From Alloascoidea hylecoeti (taxonomy: Eukaryota): a stretch of DNA of 64,000 nucleotides. Positions 22,875 through 38,014 of the stretch are shown here, one piece after another. Made by a program: the position numbers and the translations under genes. Positions within the stretch are counted from its first letter, which is position 1. Every line of letters starts with the position of its first letter. The notes under the pieces were generated by a model, which was not told where the DNA came from, made no database searches, and saw nothing but the letters and a program-made list of their open reading frames with translations. The DNA lies in contig BCKZ01000006.1 of the NCBI GenBank assembly GCA_001600815.1, positions 1,026,137-1,090,136 of the forward strand, given 5' to 3'.

Positions 22875-22973
22875 TAATACTGCAATTGCCAAGTTGTTGA
22901 TTACACTACTAATAATAAATAGGTGAGTGAGAAATTTTTAGATTCAATGCTATGTTAACACCCGTACACCCAT

Positions 22974-24221
22974 TTACTCCAGATCTTCCCATTGAACTCC
23001 AATCCACTCCTCCACATATCCAACTTGTGTCTTTTCGTCAAGAACGACATTAGTATCGTCTGCTGCGGTAGTGACAATTAGTGTGCCCCATTCCATACCT
23101 TGCTCCAGAATCTCTTTCTCCGTCTTGGAGTCTTCAAAAATTGAAATCAAATAGGGCATAAGCTGTAACTCAAATATCCGTCCCTGGGGCAATTCTTTAT
23201 GTCCATTAAACATATGGTAAATTTCTCCTTTAGAAGAGTAAAGTAGTGGCCGACCTCCACGATTATAGCGTAGCACCTGTTCGGGATCGGATGACACAAT
23301 TTCAAGGAAATGCTGAAATGAGCTATCAATATTTGTACCTTCATATAATGATCCAATGTTATCTTTCTTATTTGATGATGATGTAGTTTCTTCTTCTTCA
23401 ATTTCGGTATCAATAGTATATTTGAAGTTATCAGGTATTTTTGGTTTCTTTAAAACCTCTTTACTAACACCGATGAAGTAGCCTGGAAGCGTTGGTAAGT
23501 CTAAATCGACAATTGTTTCTACATCTAACTTGGATTCTAACTTAGATTCTGTAGCTTCAGATTCTGTAACTTTGGACTCCTTTGAACTTGCAATGGCAGC
23601 ATAGGATGGGCCTTTAGTTTTAACTTTTTCACTGTTATTATTTGAATTTGAACTTGAGCCTGGTAATGCTGGAAATGTAATTGAAGCAAATGGATTTGTT
23701 GTATTCCCATCACCATCAAATGGATTACTATTATCAGTTGAATTAAATATATCATTTCCTAAACTAGCATTTCTCAATTCTTGCTCTTTTTGTTTTTTTA
23801 TCTTTTGTTTTTGTTCATTTTCATATTCAATTTCTGCTTTTAAATCCTTATAAATCCCTTTAATTACTCTAAAACAACTCTTACCATTTTTGGATTTTCG
23901 AAAACATGAATGTTTTAAACATCCAAATATATAAAGTACTCTTGATATAAATTCATCATATTTTATATCGTCTAATGGCGAATAAGCTTGTAAAAATAAT
24001 CCCATTTTGTCATTACATATCGGACATTTTAATAAATTTGAATCTTTTGGTGGAGTATTGTTTAACCAAATCGGTTTATTACCAATGAATGTATCATTTA
24101 TTGTTGGTTCTTCATTTCCTGGAATTGAGACATCTAAATCAGCAAATCCTAAATAAACTGTTGATTCAGTTCTGGAATTGGAGGGATAATCATCTTCTCC
24201 ATCTGATGAATAATCTGACAT
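22974..24221 (-). CDS. TSR4: PDCD2-family ribosome biogenesis factor / Rps2 chaperone (415 aa)
   Basis: VYLGFAD, FIGNKPIWL, CPIC...LFLQAYSPL, RVLYIFGC, PEQVLRY..GGRPLLYS, FELQLMP, GMEWGT and GYVEEWIGVQWE (PDCD2_C). Confidence 0.9.
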   Translation of the reverse strand: MSDYSSDGEDDYPSNSRTESTVYLGFADLDVSIPGNEEPTINDTFIGNKPIWLNNTPPKDSNLLKCPICNDKMGLFLQAYSPLDDIKYDEFISRVLYIFGCLKHSCFRKSKNGKSCFRVIKGIYKDLKAEIEYENEQKQKIKKQKEQELRNASLGNDIFNSTDNSNPFDGDGNTTNPFASITFPALPGSSSNSNNNSEKVKTKGPSYAAIASSKESKVTESEATESKLESKLDVETIVDLDLPTLPGYFIGVSKEVLKKPKIPDNFKYTIDTEIEEEETTSSSNKKDNIGSLYEGTNIDSSFQHFLEIVSSDPEQVLRYNRGGRPLLYSSKGEIYHMFNGHKELPQGRIFELQLMPYLISIFEDSKTEKEILEQGMEWGTLIVTTAADDTNVVLDEKTQVGYVEEWIGVQWEDLE

Positions 24222-24289
24222 CTTTTAAGTTATGTATAAATTATCAAGATAAAATAATAATTCTAAAAAATAACTGAATAAAGTAAATA

Positions 24290-24355
24290 GAAAAATTTCT
24301 AAGAAAAGTTATTTACTTGGTTGAAATATTTAATTTTGAGTTTCATACACGTGAT
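24290..24355 (-). promoter_or_regulatory. TSR4 promoter: RRPE-like element and Cbf1-type ATCACGTG
   Basis: GAAAAATTTC at 24290-24299 and CACGTGAT at 24348-24355, 70-135 bp upstream of a ribosome-biogenesis gene. Confidence 0.5.
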
Positions 24356-25123
24356 GTATAAGAAAGAAATTTTTTTTATTACACTTAATTTCGGCCAATT
24401 CCGTCCACTAGTTCTGTCGTTTCTACGTATATGGTTACTACATATTATCAATGAAAACAAAACACCAAATAATGCATTACTTATTTCACCAACTAACTTT
24501 GGATTTTGGTAACAACCAAAACAATGTACTGAAACTGCCATGTCACCGTAAAAGTGCCGTGACGGGTGGGTACATTTGACTATTACCTGAAGCTTTTCCA
24601 AGTTGAGACGCTCCGAAATGTGCCTTTTCATGGTAGCTTTTTGGGGTAATGGCTGGATACAGGCATTTGGCAGTAATGTCATGATTTTTGAATATTTTGT
24701 ATGAAATCAAATAAAATGGCCATGGAATGCTCATTTATGCCCACTGATTACTCCATCGACACCACTGTATGCCATGAAAATTACTAATAATTATTTCACA
24801 TATGCTGTTAATATTATTCAAGTATTACATTAAAATATTTTAACAAATCCTACGATTTATAAAGAGCAGTAATTCGTTAATTAAGTTCACGCAAATTATT
24901 ATCTATTTCCCGGACAGCTGGTTATTTGATCTTCATTCAAAAATTCACAGCAATCATGCATATCATTTTTTATTATATTATGTATTTGAATCAGAGAAAA
25001 ATAGTATAGGAACAGAGGAAAGTTCATATTCGTCACGAGTACCCTTTCTTTTCTTCACATCTGTTATTGCAAAAAGTCATAGTATTAGTGAACGTAAACA
25101 ACAACCATTTGAACAATTGCAAC

Positions 25124-25291
25124 ATGCTCTTACTCAATATCCAGCCAACAACCGATTGTGTTTCTTATCTCCCTTATGAATTATCTGAAATTATTTTCTT
25201 GGATTTGGCACTAACAACTTTACTTAATTGTAGAAGAGTCTCTAAAGCATGGAAACAAATAAAAAATGATGATACAAAGGCAATCGTCTAG
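25124..25291 (+). pseudogene. Truncated F-box gene copy (F-box only)
   Basis: DCVSYLPYELSEIIFLDLALTTLLNCRRVSKAWKQI is an F-box consensus. It is paralogous, including its 5' leader, to the copy at 26528, and stops shortly after the F-box. Confidence 0.8.
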
Positions 25292-26527
25292 AAAACCTAG
25301 GAAATATCATATTTCCTGAAAATTCAATACTACATATATATTGCATATATGACTAGTCAACTATCCAACATTATATCTTGCAAAATATAATGTAAATTTA
25401 AAGAAATCGATTTTCTGTAAAATGAAACTTAATTGTGTTTGTGGTCATATTTGTAATTTATTTTGCTATGAAACCTCTTTCAATGAAGCTTGAATAGGGA
25501 CATTTATTATATTTAGGGTTCGAATATACTATTTACCAAAAAGATAGATCTTGTTTATCATATTTTAGTTTAGATACCGTTAACCATCTAGGCATTTCTA
25601 GAATTGTTAATTATTAGAACATCACTCTTATTTTCATCTGTATTTGTTGTGTCTAAATCTAACTATTTAAACGACTGAAATATTGTGGTGATGGAATCCA
25701 ATATTTGTTGATAATAATAGCTCATTTTATAGGTACAGTTAGTTAGTAATAAAAATGCAAAAGCTATTAAAATAATTCAGATTGATATAATTCAAGGTTT
25801 CTTTACTTATATTTAATTAGTAAAATTCATTAAGAAGATGAAACTCAACGTAAAAGTCTGTCATACTATTCTCAGAATTTGGACTTCATTAAATATTTAA
25901 CTAAAAGTTAGAGAACAAAAACTTGAGAATTTTTTTTTTTAGATATCACTCATCATAATTATACTCCAAGCTCTGAAACAAGCCTGGATTAATGGCCAGC
26001 TTTAAAATATTTTCAGGAATCTGAGAAATTTTACAGACCAAGATGTATTTATGTACTTCTTAATGTTTATTAAAAAATCAATTGCACATTTTGAAAAAGA
26101 AAAAAGAGATGAAGTGAAGGAAAAACTTAAAAAAATATCAAAGAAGAAAATTAAAAAAACTTATAATTATAATTATTTGAAGCAACCATATTAAAACAAT
26201 CAAATACTATTGGAAAATTGAATTTGTGTAATGGACCTAAAACTTCAATTGACTATATTTTAGAATTAACTCACACAGAACTGTCTGCTATAAGAGCTTA
26301 TTCTCAAAAATAACTGGGCAAGTAGAAAATAAGTTGAGTAATTATTCATAATATTGCACTTTACCTTTTTGGCTATCTGGAATCGTCCAAGTAGACTAGA
26401 TTTTGCAGAAATAGGGAGTGAAGTTGGCTACTCCTTAATATAGGCCTACGTAAACTGTTGTTTTTGGGAAATGCTATATTAGTGACAACCACCAAGTACA
26501 TAGAAAACAACCGTTAACAATCGCAAT

Positions 26528-27752
26528 ATGACCTTACACAAAAATCTTAAGACGACAATCGATTTTGTTTCTGATTTCCCTTATGAAATTTCTTAAATAA
26601 TCTTCTTGAATTTGGCGCTAAAAACTTTACTTGATTGTAGAAGAGTATTTAAATCGTGGAAACAAATAGTTGATAATGATGACATATGGAAATCAAAGTT
26701 TCAAGATCAAAAATCCTGGAAATACTATAATGATGATTCTGAAACTAACTCATGGTCTGAACTATATAAAAAACGTCATCCTTTAGAGTCAAATTGGAAA
26801 AATCATAAATTCACTGTATAAATTTAGTGATCCTTCTTACCAAGCATTTTGTGTTAAATTTTTTAAAAACTGGATTTTAAATGGTTCAAGAGAAACAAGT
26901 AAAATTTGGGATAGTGAGGCTTTTGAATGTTTAAGAGTTTTAGGTGAACCAAATCTTGAGATTTTATCACCGATGGAATTATTGGAATTAAAAAAAGATA
27001 TTGATATCAAATTTCATGTGGGTGAAGTCAGTTGTATGAATATTAATGACAAATATTTGGTTTCTGGTTCATTTGATGGGTCTTGTATAATTTGGAAATT
27101 ACCAAATTTTAAACCCATATATCGTTTGATAATACCAGGTGAAATAGGTCCTCGTATATCTATAAATGATGCCGCTATATAAAACGATTATATTGTATGT
27201 TGTAGGGGAGATGCTTATATTGAGGTTTGAAAATCAAGTCTTGATAATTTGGAACATCAACCACAGTTTAATTTACAACACCGTCTAAATGGAGAAGGGA
27301 TCGTTAACAATATTTGCATTCATGATGGTATGATATATAGTGAAGGATATAATGCTGTAACAATTTGGAATATTGAGACTGGTCAAAAAATCCAAGAATG
27401 TCAATATAATGAAGTACTCTGCATGACAGTAAAGGATCAGTGCTTATTTGTGTGAATACGACAAAATAACAGTTTGGGATCTACAATCAAATAAATTAAT
27501 GAATATTTTATCAGATGAAAAGGTCTATGTATAAATAATAATAGAATCATGTCTGTTGATGATGCTGGCACTATTAGGATTCGGAATTTAAATGATCAAA
27601 AATTATTAAAAGAATATTCAAAGTTATATTTATATCCTGTTTCATCAATTCGTGTTGATTCGAAAAGAATGGCTGCTTTTACTACAGAATGTGATGTTGC
27701 TATTTATGATTTTACTGAAAATTTAAGGGAAGAATATTTAAAATATTTTTAA
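26528..27752 (+). pseudogene. F-box/WD40 protein pseudogene (beta-TrCP/Fwd1/Cdc4-like architecture)
   Basis: ATG 26528. F-box DFVSDFPYEIS*IIFLNL..DCRRVFKSWKQI with a stop at 26594, then LESNW. WD repeats CVKF..WILNGSRE.SKIWD, HVGEVSCMNINDKYLVSGSFDGSCIIWK, VTIWN, KITVWD and AIYDF. Further in-frame stops at 27180, about 27228 and 27453; frameshifts near 26818 and 27460-27530. Confidence 0.88.
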
Positions 27753-30424
27753 TCTAATTTTAGGCCTATATATAGACCTATATTGAAATTTTAAAATAAA
27801 CACTAGAACAAATAAATTTGTCCGATTGATATGTATTCGATTCAATAGGACTTCTTTCCATGGCTCTTAGGTACTAGGTAATCTAACTTCCTAGCCCCTT
27901 GATGCAAGTTCTCTGGGGAATCTTACGCGTTTTGGTGGTGGGGTGGAAAAAAATGCAGGGCAGACGTTTTAAAGGCCAACTATACCATTGTCGTGACCAA
28001 GAACATTATCACAGGATTCACAGCCCTTGTATTTCCATTCTCATTTTATCATGGGTATTTTAATTTTTAATTTTAAACGGAGCCTAATATGAATTATATG
28101 ATGGAGTCTATTGTATTTTATATTAACAATTTCTTTATGATGACTTTAAGAATCATTAACTGCAGTATTAAATATGGGGGATGCAGCTCTACGTACTTTT
28201 TAATAATAATTTATTTCAAAAGATAACTCGAGCTCACTATTGTGAGTAAATTTGTGACCAGCTAATACCTATGTATGGATATAATGCAAAAGCAGAGGAA
28301 AAACTCAATTGATATTGCAATTGAGGATTACTGCCTGCTATTTTTTCTATTTGCATTTGTGGAATAAATGATCCTTAGTTTGTAGAGGTTGAGATATTCA
28401 AAAACGACCCACATCAAATATGCCTTGAAATTTAAGTTAATGTGGCCTTGAGGCATGGATATATATAAGTAATATTATATTATATGACTATATTTATCTA
28501 TTATACGGATGATTTGACATGGAATAATTATAAATTGTTATGGGTTAAATTTATAACCATTTGACACAATAAAAATTAATAAAAGGCCTACTTGAGTTTG
28601 TGTACGATCGGAGGTATATAATAGTTCATAGACGTTCACATAACTGCTACTAATTGCTTGTATACATAGCTATCATTATAAGCTATTTCAATCACATAAT
28701 CTTCACGAGGTTTTGATATAATAATATCATAAGAATGCAGATGGAGAGTTACATATGGGGATACTTTGACTCCCTTTTAGAAATTAAGTAACAATTTGGC
28801 TTGGCATAGGGATCTTTATGTTTATGGAAAAATCTGTTTAAAAGATTTATATTTATCAGATTATGAAAACTTTTAATGGTAAGGCTTAAATGCATATATA
28901 CATAAAGTATTATGCATTCATTCTCTTAAAATTAGACACTGGAAAATAACAATATTCTACAGTTCATGTAACGAGCGAAATTTAGAGATTTCAATTATTG
29001 CAATGCAGTATCGTCAGTTTATCTTTAGTCCTGCAAAATTTATTAAAATTAAAGATTCAGGTACTTAAAGTGTTTATGACTTACAGTTTGACATTTATAC
29101 CATGCATGGTTGTTATATAATGTTGTGAATAGAAATTAGAATATCTAATGTGTCAAATTTAATATTAATATCATGATTTATGATCATAATAAAATGACAA
29201 GGGTGATATCTATATTGGATTTCTGAGATTATACGTATACGTTTAGGTTATAGGAATTAATTAGATAATCCGACCTGAGCATTCTCATTGTTAATAGTCT
29301 TAATATTGCAATAAATATATCAGGATCAATTTCAGGAGCAAACATTACAAAGTACAAACATTTTGGAAATGCAAGTCTACATTGCTTTAATTTTGGCGAG
29401 ACTAATTATAAAGCATTTATATCGGTATATGTTTGATATCAATTAAAAATACTATAGCTAATATCAATTCCAGTTGAAATGTAATGTATAGGGGAAGTTA
29501 ATGTATGCGCATTTAAAAGGCGCATATTTAAAGATTGATGATTTGTATATTATATAACTTATATATATCGACATTATTAGATGCTTAAACTTGCTTTGGG
29601 TCTCCGGAGATGAGAATGAAAACAACGGCCTTAGCTTTTTGATGCAGCTGCTGGTTATAATTTTCCTCAGGTCCAAGGGAACGGGATTATAATTACACTT
29701 AAGTAAGGTACACTACAACAACCCCAACGCTATGATTAACATTTCATGGGCCGATCTGATATACTCAAGGTACCAACTTGTACCACCAAGTTAGAGCTAT
29801 ATGGGCATTTTTTCTCTCTCATTTTTTAATTAAATTTAAAACCCCTTCTGTTTGTTTACGCTTAAAACGGTTTAGTTAAATATTAATTAAAGAAATATTG
29901 AAAACCCATCATATCCATCAAAATTTTAAATATTGCATTAATTATAAAGTGTCTAATTTAAATTATGTTAGTTGATGAAGTTTTATTGCCCGTGGCCTCG
30001 CACTAATGTGACCTTGTATTGAAAGCTTGAGTGTTAAGAATCTTAAGATTAAGTTTGAGTGTATTGGCTGCTTCAGGCGTACCATTCATTACCATGGTCG
30101 TGCTTATAGTCAAGGAATCACAGGGATGCATGATTGCATGATTACATATATCATATTGTTATGATAAGCAAAGGTAAGGTAAATAATATTCCAATGCAAT
30201 CTAATTATAAATTTAAAGTGGAGGAAAATCTCCTTTAAATAATTATAATGCTTTATAAATTTTATTTAGAAAATGTGACTGTTTCTTTCTCCGTATTTCC
30301 ACCAATTAATAATTTAATAGTTTATTTATATAAATATATTCCCCATCTTCTCTATTTCTGGTACAATAATCAATCATATAAGTTATAACAATATTTCATT
30401 TACTTTAATTGCAGTTCAACACAT

Positions 30425-32504
30425 ATGGTTTCTACATTGCGCCAATCACAATTAAATCTCAACTGCAAATATGTTCTAGTTGCAGAGTTCAACATCGAAT
30501 CAGGACCTATCTTAAAACATCAATACCCCGATCCTAAAGTTGACCACGAATTACCAGCTTTAGCAGAATTATCTATTCCAGATGGCTCACATGAACGGGA
30601 GGAAGATTGTACTGTGCTGATATTACACGAAAGCAAGAATAAATATGGAGAGACAATCTTGAAATACACTATTGAGAACGGTGAAGAAAGCACAGGTACT
30701 TATTATATGCTAAATTTAGTACACACAAAATTTAGCGACGACTTAGCACGTGGAGCTTCTGTTAAATCCATTGCGATAATTACTAAACTAAAGTTTTTCA
30801 GTATTTTTACACCTTTATTAAGATTAGCGTTGAATGAATATTTTAAAGAAGCTGAAACAAATAAAACAAGTGACCCTTTGCAGGATCTATATGAGTGTCT
30901 TAATGCAATTGATTTCAGTAGTGTTGGTAAATATTCAACCGTCGGGAATGTTCTATTAACAAGAATTAATGCTCTAAATCCAACTATTAGTAGTTCTCGT
31001 TTCATGGATATTTATAGTGGGAAAGACATTGATGATGAAATTAAGAAAACCAAAAAAGGTAATTCTGACCATTGTAACTCAATTAAAGATATGAAACCAT
31101 CTAGCGGGTTTCAAACTGTTTATAGAGGTCAAGAGGTTGAGCTTAAACTACCACATACTTTTATAACCGATGATATCGGAGAGGTAATTATAAAACAATT
31201 TTTAAAGTATATCATCTTTCTTTACCCTAACTTTTTATTTATTTATTTTTCTGTTTTAGTTTTCAGTAACTTCTGTTGTTCGAAGTTTACTTTCTAATCA
31301 TTCAGCGATTGGTGTTACACATCCGGAACTTACACCTTATGGTCCCAAAACTCCAGCTTTATTAGTCTTACTGAATGGGCTTATCACTGGAAAAAGAATA
31401 GTTTTCCTCGGATATAAGCAATCAGCATTTAACATCGTTAATTTCGTTCTTGCCGCCTTTTCCATTTCCTCAGCAGGGATTTTGACAACATATAAAAATT
31501 GTTGTTTCCCATACACCGATTTAAGTAAAATCGATGAAATTGCAGTGCTGTAAGTCTTCAAAACTTCTAGTAGAATGAATATATTCATTATGCATAGGTT
31601 TGTATGGAAAAGATTGTTTACTAACATATTTTTCTTCTATGGCAGTAACCGCTACCTCCTCGGCGTTTCAAATCCATTTTTTAAACATCATCCCGAATGG
31701 TGGGATATTTTATACGATATAGATGATGGATCTATAACAATATCAAGTTTAATATGTAGTATTCCTTCAACACCAAATATAACATCATCAAAATTTATTC
31801 CAATTGATGATAAAGATGCTACTTTATTACCCTTAGATAAAAAGTTGATAAAAGATATTAATAATTTATTGAATTCCAAAAAGAACAAAGAATCAGCTGC
31901 AGAGGCTCAAATTAGGAATCTTGTTCAAATTTATTATACTGATTTTTTCCAAATGTTACATTCTTTTGTGTTAGAAGGGAGCTTACACGATTCCGAAAAA
32001 AGGAATTCAAAACTTATTAAATATGTGAATTGTTCTTACGGATATTTTTGGAAAGATTTGAAAGAAAAACAAACGACTTTAACCAAAAAGAAATCTTTAA
32101 TGCTTGCAACAGAAAATATTTTAAAGGAGGATAAACATCTACAAACTCTCATACCTTCAGTAGCTTTAATGGCTAATGGTAAGATATTTAATATGGATCA
32201 TATTCTTGATGAATATGCATTTAAAGCATTAGATGAAGAAGAGATTGAGGACTTGTACAGAATGGTAACTCAATTCATACACAATGAGAACGATTTAGAA
32301 AAGTTATCATGTTCTATACTAAAGTCAAAACAGAGATTAGAAGCTTTAGCATATGGGCTATTTAGTAGCAATAATTTTATTAGAAGCAAGGCAATAGAGC
32401 TGTTTCAAGCTATTCAAAAATTTAGTTTGGGAGAGTATATTTTAAATCAATTGAATAGGACGTTTATATATGGGCTTAAAAGAGCACAGAATACTATCAT
32501 ATAA
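30425..32504 (+). CDS. AFI1: Afi1/MesA-family (DENN-related) polarity protein; exons 30425-31183, 31260-31549, 31646-32504 (635 aa)
   Basis: YVLVAEFNIESGPILKHQYP, LAELSIPDGSHEREEDCTV and RGASVKSIAI. Exon 2, missed by the ORF track, encodes HPELTPYGPKTPALLVLLNGLITGKRIVFLG...FPYTDLSKIDE. Exon 3 has GVSNPFFKHHPEWWDILYD. Introns 31184-31259 (GTAATT/CCTAAC/TAG) and 31550-31645 (GTAAGT/TACTAAC/CAG) keep frame. Confidence 0.85.
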
Positions 32505-34085
32505 GTTATATTATATAATATGTTTAAATGTAGTTATAGAATAATTAAGCTTTTAATACATAGAAGGGATCAAGGGTAGTCTGTCAAAATCTTGTCGTAT
32601 GACTTGGCTTTCTTGTTTAGTTCTAGTTTGGAGTCTACAACATCTAGATCTATAAAAATATTGGGGCAAAAAGTATATTTTTCAATTTATAGTTGGGTTC
32701 CCTTAGTTCGGCCCTCAAGAAGGGTTTCTCATCAGAGATATTGATAACCCTCTATTTAAATATTATTTAATCCTGACATGCATATGGGCGGTTTAATAAA
32801 TAATCTTATGATTATCAATTAAATCTATATTCTGATTAGTGATAAGCTTAAACCATTCTTGGAGTGATGCCTACGCTTTGTAGACATAACAATGATAGCA
32901 TCCATTAGGAACACATTAAGTTATTAAAAATATTATACGCACAACTCTTATTTTAGATTTTTCATGTGCATTTACTCATGCAGCTGTGCTGTTCAAGGAT
33001 TAAAAATATATTCGTAAGTCTAAAAAGAGAGAAATCATCATTGTAAAAGATTTGATTTAACAACTATTAAAATCACTCATACATTATGCTTAAACAACGT
33101 GCTAAGCACAAAACGGGAATGTGCGAAAAAATACAAAACAACGAAAAGTGATGGTAGATTATTATCACAAATCAAAAATCTTTCAACACCCCTCGCGCAA
33201 AATCTCTTTAATTAAAAAGTAGATAAATGGCAAATATAAATCCTTTCTTTTCAAATTAACTTTTACAGTTAACGTTCTTTGACAAAATTTTGTCCTTACT
33301 TCGTAACTATGTTGGCCTTCAGATTTCGCGGCCACATTTCATATGCACATATGCATAATTAAGAAATTGAGACTCGTTTGCATATAATCATGAATCGGCT
33401 GAATAAATGCAAAAAAATTTACTATAGTAAGATTTGCGCATGAAGCTGCATACCTACATATATCCATATAGAGTATTACTGTAAGATTCATGCAGACTAA
33501 AATTTTGCGAGAAAAAAAAGTTGTTCATTTTCAGTGATGCGCAACTAGAACATTTCTTAATGAAGAATTCAGTATATCAAGTTTTTGGTATATAAGGCTT
33601 AGAAGTAAAATCTTCAATATTCAACAGGTGCCCATCGAAGCTTAGAACAAAGGAAAGTCGTGATTGTAGACATTCGAGAGACTTCTTTATTTTTGGTTAG
33701 GCTAGTGATTATTGTGTTTTCGATTCTCCAGACACTAATTCCTGATATTGATTGTATTTTGATTTTGATTGTCCTTTTTCTTATTAAAGTTCATGACAAA
33801 GATAGTGCAAGTTTACGAGTTTCTAGAAAATGTATTTCACTATTTTCCAGAAACAATTTCGTCGATCTGTCGGCGAATTATGTGCATATTATATACTGGA
33901 ATAATGGCATGAAAATCGATGCACACGTGATATATCCAGACACCCTTACACACTCATTAGAGTAGAATTCCGACGTTATTTCTTATCTTTTCTCTTTAAC
34001 GTTCCATCTTTTATTTTCACATATAAATATATTTATATCTTTGTTACAGGGATTGTTATTTGAAGAGAGTTTGCTTTTTTTTAGA

Positions 34086-37200
<3,115 letters not shown>

Positions 37201-38014
37201 AATACCCAAATATAATTCATGCTGTATATAAAACCTTTTATCTTTCTCTTTGTTCTTGTATTTTAGATTATGAGCTAGAAAACTTACGATTTTTTAATGT
37301 ATACCACTATATTCTTCGAACAAACACTGAATATGAATTATTTTATTGCGATGGTATAGTTATATATAATGATGTATTTTTAAGTATATTCTATACTGAA
37401 AATTTTACTCCATGACTAATTAATGACCATTTTATATTTACTTGTTGGAATTGAGTTTGTAAAATTGAGTTTTATCCTAAATATTCTAATTAGAAAATAT
37501 TTAAATATAATACTATTGCTACATTATGATTACATCTATTCATCTGATGAACACAATTGATATTAATACATAATTAAAATGGTCATGAATTAAAGATAAA
37601 ACGGATTAATGTATTACCATAAAACTGGGGAAATTATTATATAGTCAATGAAATTGGAACAGTTTGGCGCTCAGATCAAACATCTTACAAATATGAGTGG
37701 TACTACAGTATATGTTCTATTTATTCTGTAAATTTCGTCCAAGTTTAATGTAAATTAGTACTAATTTAATTGTCAATTAATTGAGATCAAGATGACTTTA
37801 CTATTTAATTCATTTTTAAGTTCAACCCTGTCCATAACTATTGATTATATTTAAGTCTATTTAGAGGATTTGATCAACTTCCAATTGTTCAAGTCCAACA
37901 TTTTCATTTAATCTCATAAATTATATTAAAAATTCTCGTACATGTGTACAATTATCATCCTATATTTTATATCTATGTCTATATACATGCATCTATATGA
38001 AAAGAAAACTCGGT

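Noticed and set aside
24299..24734. 127-aa and 63-aa ORFs upstream of TSR4
   Set aside because: No recognisable motifs; they overlap the TSR4 promoter and each other.
33660..33965. 101-aa ORF upstream of the demethylase
   Set aside because: GTG start, no domain, and located in the probable promoter or leader.
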